Assembly: GCA_964599235.1 (NCBI GenBank) | Contig: CAZRDX010000007.1 | Span: 156,941 to 220,940 of the forward strand | Origin: an uncultured Rikenellaceae bacterium | Lineage (GTDB): Bacteria > Bacteroidota > Bacteroidia > Bacteroidales > VadinHA17 | DNA length: 64,000 nucleotides | Direction of reading: 5' to 3' | In this document: piece after piece, positions 59,620 to 64,000 of the stretch | Layout of the letters: every line of letters starts with the position of its first letter | Position numbering within the stretch: position 1 is the first letter of the stretch | Notes under the pieces: generated by a model | The model's input: only the letters and a program-made list of their open reading frames with translations | What the model was told of the DNA's origin: nothing | Databases searched by the model: none | Made by a program: the position numbers and the translations under genes

Positions 59620-59646
59620 GACGTATGGGGTTATTGTTTTGTTACA
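59620..59646 (-). promoter_or_regulatory. ECF-sigma-type promoter candidate (TGTAAC-N17-CGTC)
   Basis: Minus strand reads TGTAAC AAAACAATAACCCCATA CGTC, about 150 bp upstream of the export operon. Confidence 0.5.
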
Positions 59647-59653
59647 AGAATCG

Positions 59654-59667
59654 AAAAAAAAAAAAAA
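59654..59667. repeat. A14 homopolymer
   Basis: 14 consecutive A residues, 7 bp from the putative ECF -35 element. Confidence 0.9.
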
Positions 59668-59699
59668 TTTTCAGTGCATTTTTCGGGGATGGTGCCCGC

Positions 59700-60362
59700 T
59701 CATACGGCGTTGCTCTGCCAGAAAGTCTTGGTGTCGATGTCCATGATGGTGAGCGGGCCTCCCCATCCGGCACCCGTATCCATCATCCACACCCCTTTGA
59801 TGAAGACAGGTTCCCGGAAGCCGTAGTTGATGGTGGGGGTATGGCCCACATATACCTCGCGGTAAGGGGTGATCTGTTCCACGTCGGGGTCGTCGATGAG
59901 GGCGAGGGCCTTTTCCACCAGGTCCCTGCTCCAGAGGAGATCGTAAGGGTTTTGTTCTTCAAGCGGTCGTGCGGGGTCGATGCCGGCATGTACGAAGAGA
60001 CGGGTGTCTTCGTCGAGCAGGTAGTAGTAGGGGGCTTCTTCCAGGAGACGACGGTGTGTTTCGGGGACACCGTCGTTGTCGTAGCTCCGCATGGTCTCTT
60101 TGCCGCCCTGCATGGTCCAGGAGAGCTCGGCCTGGCCGGTGAGGATCCACTCGAGGAACCAGCGGTCGTGGTTGCCCAGGATGTAGACCAGGTGTCTGAC
60201 CTGCAACAGGATGTCGATGCTGCGGCGTGTGTCGGGCCCGCGGTCACATACATCCCCCAGGCATATCAGCAGGTCGTGCTCCGGGTCGAGACCCGCCCTG
60301 CCCAGACACTCTTCGAGGGCCGCAGCCCGGCCGTGGATGTCACCGATGACGAACCTTCTCAT
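59700..60362 (-). CDS. Calcineurin-like metallophosphoesterase (PrpA/ApaH-like Ser/Thr phosphatase family)
   Basis: GDIHG, GDVCDRG, GNHD, HAG, GHTP, DTG. Confidence 0.9.
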   Translation of the reverse strand: MRRFVIGDIHGRAAALEECLGRAGLDPEHDLLICLGDVCDRGPDTRRSIDILLQVRHLVYILGNHDRWFLEWILTGQAELSWTMQGGKETMRSYDNDGVPETHRRLLEEAPYYYLLDEDTRLFVHAGIDPARPLEEQNPYDLLWSRDLVEKALALIDDPDVEQITPYREVYVGHTPTINYGFREPVFIKGVWMMDTGAGWGGPLTIMDIDTKTFWQSNAV

Positions 60363-60814
60363 CCCCGCCTCGTCGTTCCCCCTTTGCCGGCGGCCAGGTG
60401 CAGACGCAACGCCTCCACCCCCAGCCGGTACGAATCAAGACCGAAACCGGTGATGGTACCCAGACATACCGGTGCGAGCAGCGACTTATGCCGGAACTCC
60501 TCCCGCTTGAGGATGTTGGAGATATGCACCTCCACCACCGGCGCCGGCACCGCCGCCACCGCATCGGCAATACTCACCGACGTGTGCGTGTATCCGGCGG
60601 CATTGAGCAGAATGCCGTCAACGGAAAAACCGGCCTCCTGGATCTTCGTGACCAGCTCCCCCTCCACATTGCTCTGGAAATATTCGAACCCGATGTCGCG
60701 ATAGAGCTCCTTCAGCAGTTCAAGGTACTCCTCAAAAGAGGTGCGGCCGTAGGTCTCCGGCTCCCTTTTGCCGAGGAGGTTGAGGTTGGGTCCGTTGATG
60801 ATGGTGATCTTCAT
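60359..60814 (-). CDS. aroQ: Type II 3-dehydroquinate dehydratase
   Basis: INGPNLNLLGKREP..YG, QSNVEGELV, NAAGYTHTS, EVHISNI..RE.FRH.S. Alternative start at 60820. Confidence 0.96.
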   Translation of the reverse strand: MKITIINGPNLNLLGKREPETYGRTSFEEYLELLKELYRDIGFEYFQSNVEGELVTKIQEAGFSVDGILLNAAGYTHTSVSIADAVAAVPAPVVEVHISNILKREEFRHKSLLAPVCLGTITGFGLDSYRLGVEALRLHLAAGKGGTTRRG

Positions 60815-60837
60815 GTTCATTTCTTTGAACGCTCTGT

Positions 60838-60845
60838 CAAAAATA
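60838..60845 (-). promoter_or_regulatory. -7 box (TATTTTTG) for aroQ-phosphoesterase
   Basis: Exact TAnnTTTG match on the minus strand; back-to-back with a one-mismatch plus-strand box TATTTTCG (60848-60855) facing xerD. Confidence 0.5.
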
Positions 60846-60870
60846 GTTATTTTCGGGGAAACGCTGCGGC

Positions 60871-61773
60871 ATGGATGCTTACTGGCAGGGTCTGTTCGAC
60901 CGTTATCATCTTTATCTGAAGCTGGAGAGGTCGCTTTCGCCGGCTTCGGTGGAGGCTTATCTGCGTGATGTGCGGCGTTTTCTGGAGCATGTCCTGGCGG
61001 AGCGGCCGGGGCTGCGGCCCCCGGATATCGATCTGGCGCTGCTGGAAGGATACCTGCGGGAGCTGCATGACACCGGCATCGCCCTGCGCACCCAGGCGCG
61101 CCAGGTGTCGGGCATACGTTCCTTCTTCGGCTTCCTGATGCTGGAGAAAGAGATCACCGACAACCCTGCCCTTTTGCTGGAGGTGCCGCGTACGGGACGT
61201 CGTCTGCCGGAGGTGCTGACGGTCGAGGAGATCGACCGCATCGAGGAAGCCATCGACCTGAGCCGGCCGGGAGGACACCGCGACCGGGCCATCGTGGAGA
61301 TGATGTACGGCTGCGGACTGCGTGTCTCCGAGGTGATCACGCTGCGTATCTCCCACCTCTACCGCAAGGAAGGCTACCTGCGCATCCTGGGCAAGGGCAG
61401 CAAGGAGCGTCTGGTGCCGGTGAACCGCCGCGCCCTGCATGAGGTAGAGCTCTACCTCACCGACCGCCTGCAGATGGAAACCGAGCCGCAGCACCGCGAC
61501 ATCCTCTTCCTCAACCGCCGGGGACATCCCCTGAGCCGGGTGTATATCTTCCGCATGGTGAAGGAGCTGGCCCGCCGCGCCGGCATACGCAAGAACATCA
61601 GCCCCCACACCTTCCGCCACTCTTTCGCCACCCACCTGATGGAAGGAGGGGCCGACCTGCGGGCCATCCAGCAGATGCTCGGCCATGAGTCGATCCAGAC
61701 CACCGAGATCTACACTCATCTCGACCGCGAATACCTGCGGTCCACCATCCTCGACCACCACCCCCGGGCATGA
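60871..61773 (+). CDS. xerD: Site-specific tyrosine recombinase XerD (chromosomal Xer family)
   Basis: LERSLS..SV.AY, LPEVLT.EE, RDRAI.E.MYG.GLRVSE, GKGSKERLVP, HTFRHSFATHL.EGGADLR.IQ.MLGHESI.TT.IYTH. XerC versus XerD not formally tested. Confidence 0.85.
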   Translation: MDAYWQGLFDRYHLYLKLERSLSPASVEAYLRDVRRFLEHVLAERPGLRPPDIDLALLEGYLRELHDTGIALRTQARQVSGIRSFFGFLMLEKEITDNPALLLEVPRTGRRLPEVLTVEEIDRIEEAIDLSRPGGHRDRAIVEMMYGCGLRVSEVITLRISHLYRKEGYLRILGKGSKERLVPVNRRALHEVELYLTDRLQMETEPQHRDILFLNRRGHPLSRVYIFRMVKELARRAGIRKNISPHTFRHSFATHLMEGGADLRAIQQMLGHESIQTTEIYTHLDREYLRSTILDHHPRA

Positions 61774-61811
61774 CATCCCCTCCTCCGACTGATTTTCCTA
61801 TCTTCGCCACG

Positions 61812-64000
61812 ATGAAGAGCAAGCTTCTCATCCTCTTCCTTGTCCTGCTGCAGCCGTCTCTGCTGACAGCCCAGGAGAAAGTGGTTGAGGGACGTGTCAC
61901 CGATGCCGGCGACGGCACCCCTCTGGCTTTTGTGCATCTCGTCACCCCTGACGGACGTTACGGCACCGTCACCGATGTGGAGGGGCGTTTCACGTTGCGT
62001 CTCCCCCGCGGGGCATGTTGCCTGAAGGTCTCTTGCGTGGGGTATGCCCCCGTCACCTACCGCATCGACCCGCAGAAGAAAGTGCAGCAGATACGTCTGC
62101 ACTACCGTCCTCTCGACATCGCCGCGGTGACCGTCCGTCCCGGCCGCAACCCTGCCCATCGCATCATCCGTCTGGCGGTGGTCCGCCGCCGCCGGAACGA
62201 CCCGGAACGGCTGAAAGAGTACAGCTTCATCTCCTATAACAAGATGATCCTGACCGTCGACGCCGACACGCTGCTCACCTGCGACACCACCCTCCTCGAC
62301 AGCACCGAACGTGCCATCCGCCGTCTGCTGCGCAAACAGCACTTCTTTATCTCCGAGACCGTCACGCGCAGGATCCACCGCCGGCCCGGCACCGACCAGT
62401 CGGTGGTGCTGGCCTCGCGTATCTCCGGTTTCCGCGACCCGGGGATGATCCTCCTCCTCTCGCAACTGCAGGAGCCCACCTTCTACCGCGAACAGATACA
62501 TATCCTTGGGAAGGACTATGTCAACCCCGTCAGCCGGGGCAGCACACGCAAATATGTTTTCCTGCTGGAAGACACGCTGATACGTGCTCCCGGCGACACC
62601 ACTTACACCATCTCCTTCCGTCCGCGCAGGAACACCTCTTTCGCCGCGCTGGAGGGCTTTCTCTCCATCAACAGCCGCGGCTGGGCCATTGAGAACGTCC
62701 AGGCGCGGCCGGCCCGCGACACCGGCGACATCATGGTGACGATCCGGCAGGCCTACAGCCGCTTCGATACGGTTTGGTTCCCCGTGCAGCTCAACACCGA
62801 CCTGCTTTTCCGCACCGGTGCCATCGAGGCCGGAGGCCGCACATACCATCCCGTGGCACGCGCTGTCAGCTATCTGCGTGACATCGACCTTACGCCCGGC
62901 CTCCGGAAAAAGGACATGGCCTTCGACGACGTGCAGGTGGTACCACAGGCCATACGCCGCGACTCCGCCTACTGGGCCCATTACCGCGTGCGGCCTCTCG
63001 ACAGCCTCGAACGGGAGACCTACCGCGTGCTCGACTCCATCGGAAGAGCGGAGCATCTCGACCGAAAAGCCCGTTTCCTGACGACCCTCCTCTCCGGTGC
63101 CATCCCGGCAGGACCGTTCGACATCGACCTGGAGAGGCTTATGCATTACAACGATTATGAAGGATTTTACCTGGGTGCCGGCCTGCATACGAACGATCGG
63201 GTCTCCAAGGTGGTGCGGGCGGGTGGCTACGGCGGCTATGGTTTCCGTGACCGCTCGGCCAAATACGGCGCCGACGTGGAGGTACTGCTCCACCCTCCTT
63301 CCGGCACCGCTCTGCGCATGGCATACGACCATACCGTTTTCACCGAAGGGGGCACCTCCTTCCCCGGCATGAGGAGAGCCCTGCTCGATGTCGACCATTA
63401 CAGCAGCTTCTTCGTCCGCAGGATGAACAGGACCGACCGTCTGGCCCTCGCCCTCCGTTTCCGTCTGAAGCCCCTGCGCCGCTTCCGGTGGGATCTCTCC
63501 CTGGAACGACTGCGCAAAGAGGCTTACGGCAACTACATGTACCTTCCTTTCGATGCCGTCGACACCACGCAGGTGTATCACCTCACCCGGATCTCACTGT
63601 CGTTCCGCTATGCTTTCCGGGAGCGTGTGCTCCACACGACCCGCAGCTCTTTTTTCCTCGGCTCCGATAGTCCCGTCATCCATTTCCGTTACACGCGGGG
63701 GTTCAGGGACCTGCTTGGAGGGGATTTTTCGTACGGGCGTTACGACCTGCGTGTGGAGGGGCGTGTGCGTACGAGGTACCTGGGCGATCTGCTCTGGCGT
63801 ACGGAGGGCGGGCTGGTCTCCGGCCACGTGCCGGCCACCGAGCTGTTCATCCCCATGGGCACATACCGCGGGTTCACCCTCTACACCCCTTATGCTTTCG
63901 GCACGATGCGGACGAACGAGTTCCTCGCCGACAGGTATGCTTCCCTCTTCCTGACGTGGGATCTGCGTGACCTGCTCATCCGCATACGCCAATGGAAGCC
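61812..64000 (+). CDS. Outer-membrane protein with CarboxypepD_reg-like N-terminal domain, DUF5686-type; 3'-truncated (absent from the ORF track because there is no stop in the window)
   Basis: MKSKLLILFLVLLQPSLLTAQ signal; GRVTDAGDGTPLAFV...GTVTDVEGRF.L...SCVGY; NPAHRIIR...NDP; still in frame at the window end (...WDLRDLLIRIRQWK). The interior was only spot-checked for stops. Confidence 0.8.
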   Translation, partial: MKSKLLILFLVLLQPSLLTAQEKVVEGRVTDAGDGTPLAFVHLVTPDGRYGTVTDVEGRFTLRLPRGACCLKVSCVGYAPVTYRIDPQKKVQQIRLHYRPLDIAAVTVRPGRNPAHRIIRLAVVRRRRNDPERLKEYSFISYNKMILTVDADTLLTCDTTLLDSTERAIRRLLRKQHFFISETVTRRIHRRPGTDQSVVLASRISGFRDPGMILLLSQLQEPTFYREQIHILGKDYVNPVSRGSTRKYVFLLEDTLIRAPGDTTYTISFRPRRNTSFAALEGFLSINSRGWAIENVQARPARDTGDIMVTIRQAYSRFDTVWFPVQLNTDLLFRTGAIEAGGRTYHPVARAVSYLRDIDLTPGLRKKDMAFDDVQVVPQAIRRDSAYWAHYRVRPLDSLERETYRVLDSIGRAEHLDRKARFLTTLLSGAIPAGPFDIDLERLMHYNDYEGFYLGAGLHTNDRVSKVVRAGGYGGYGFRDRSAKYGADVEVLLHPPSGTALRMAYDHTVFTEGGTSFPGMRRALLDVDHYSSFFVRRMNRTDRLALALRFRLKPLRRFRWDLSLERLRKEAYGNYMYLPFDAVDTTQVYHLTRISLSFRYAFRERVLHTTRSSFFLGSDSPVIHFRYTRGFRDLLGGDFSYGRYDLRVEGRVRTRYLGDLLWRTEGGLVSGHVPATELFIPMGTYRGFTLYTPYAFGTMRTNEFLADRYASLFLTWDLRDLLIRIRQWK

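Noticed and set aside
60871-61773. Tyrosine recombinase as the integrase of a mobile element
   Set aside because: It has housekeeping Xer motifs and length, sits beside aroQ, and has no att-like repeats or mobility genes nearby.

Overview
GC-rich chromosomal segment of a Bacteroidota bacterium, probably Bacteroidales-like (SusC/SusD pairs, a T9SS C-terminal domain, TAnnTTTG -7 promoter boxes). No rRNA, tRNA, CRISPR array or transposase was seen. Left to right: (1) 3' part of a GltD-like flavoprotein, alkaline phosphatase, an HPF-like protein, a membrane protein and an S9 peptidase; (2) a SusC/SusD pair divergent from a GntR/FadR regulator, with a dif-like 28-mer between them; (3) a membrane-anchored AraC regulator followed by lipoprotein-SusC-SusD-FISUMP lipoprotein-giant T9SS subtilase, with no CAZymes; (4) an atypical Ser/Thr kinase, MarC, a MalT-like regulator, a two-repeat exported protein, a DUF1254/1214 lipoprotein and a sulfatase; (5) core genes plsY, mdh, maeB, gltA; (6) a ~15.7-kb seven-gene operon combining ABC-2 and RND export parts, including an RND permease fused to a membrane-interrupted ABC ATPase and an ABC permease fused to an M1-like pseudo-peptidase; (7) a metallophosphoesterase, aroQ, xerD and a truncated DUF5686-type protein. 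The best candidates for novelty are the hybrid RND-ABC operon and two AT-rich intergenic sites 37 kb apart that each carry three CTACGTAG palindromes at an exact 12-bp period. All family assignments come from motif recognition by eye; no database search was run.
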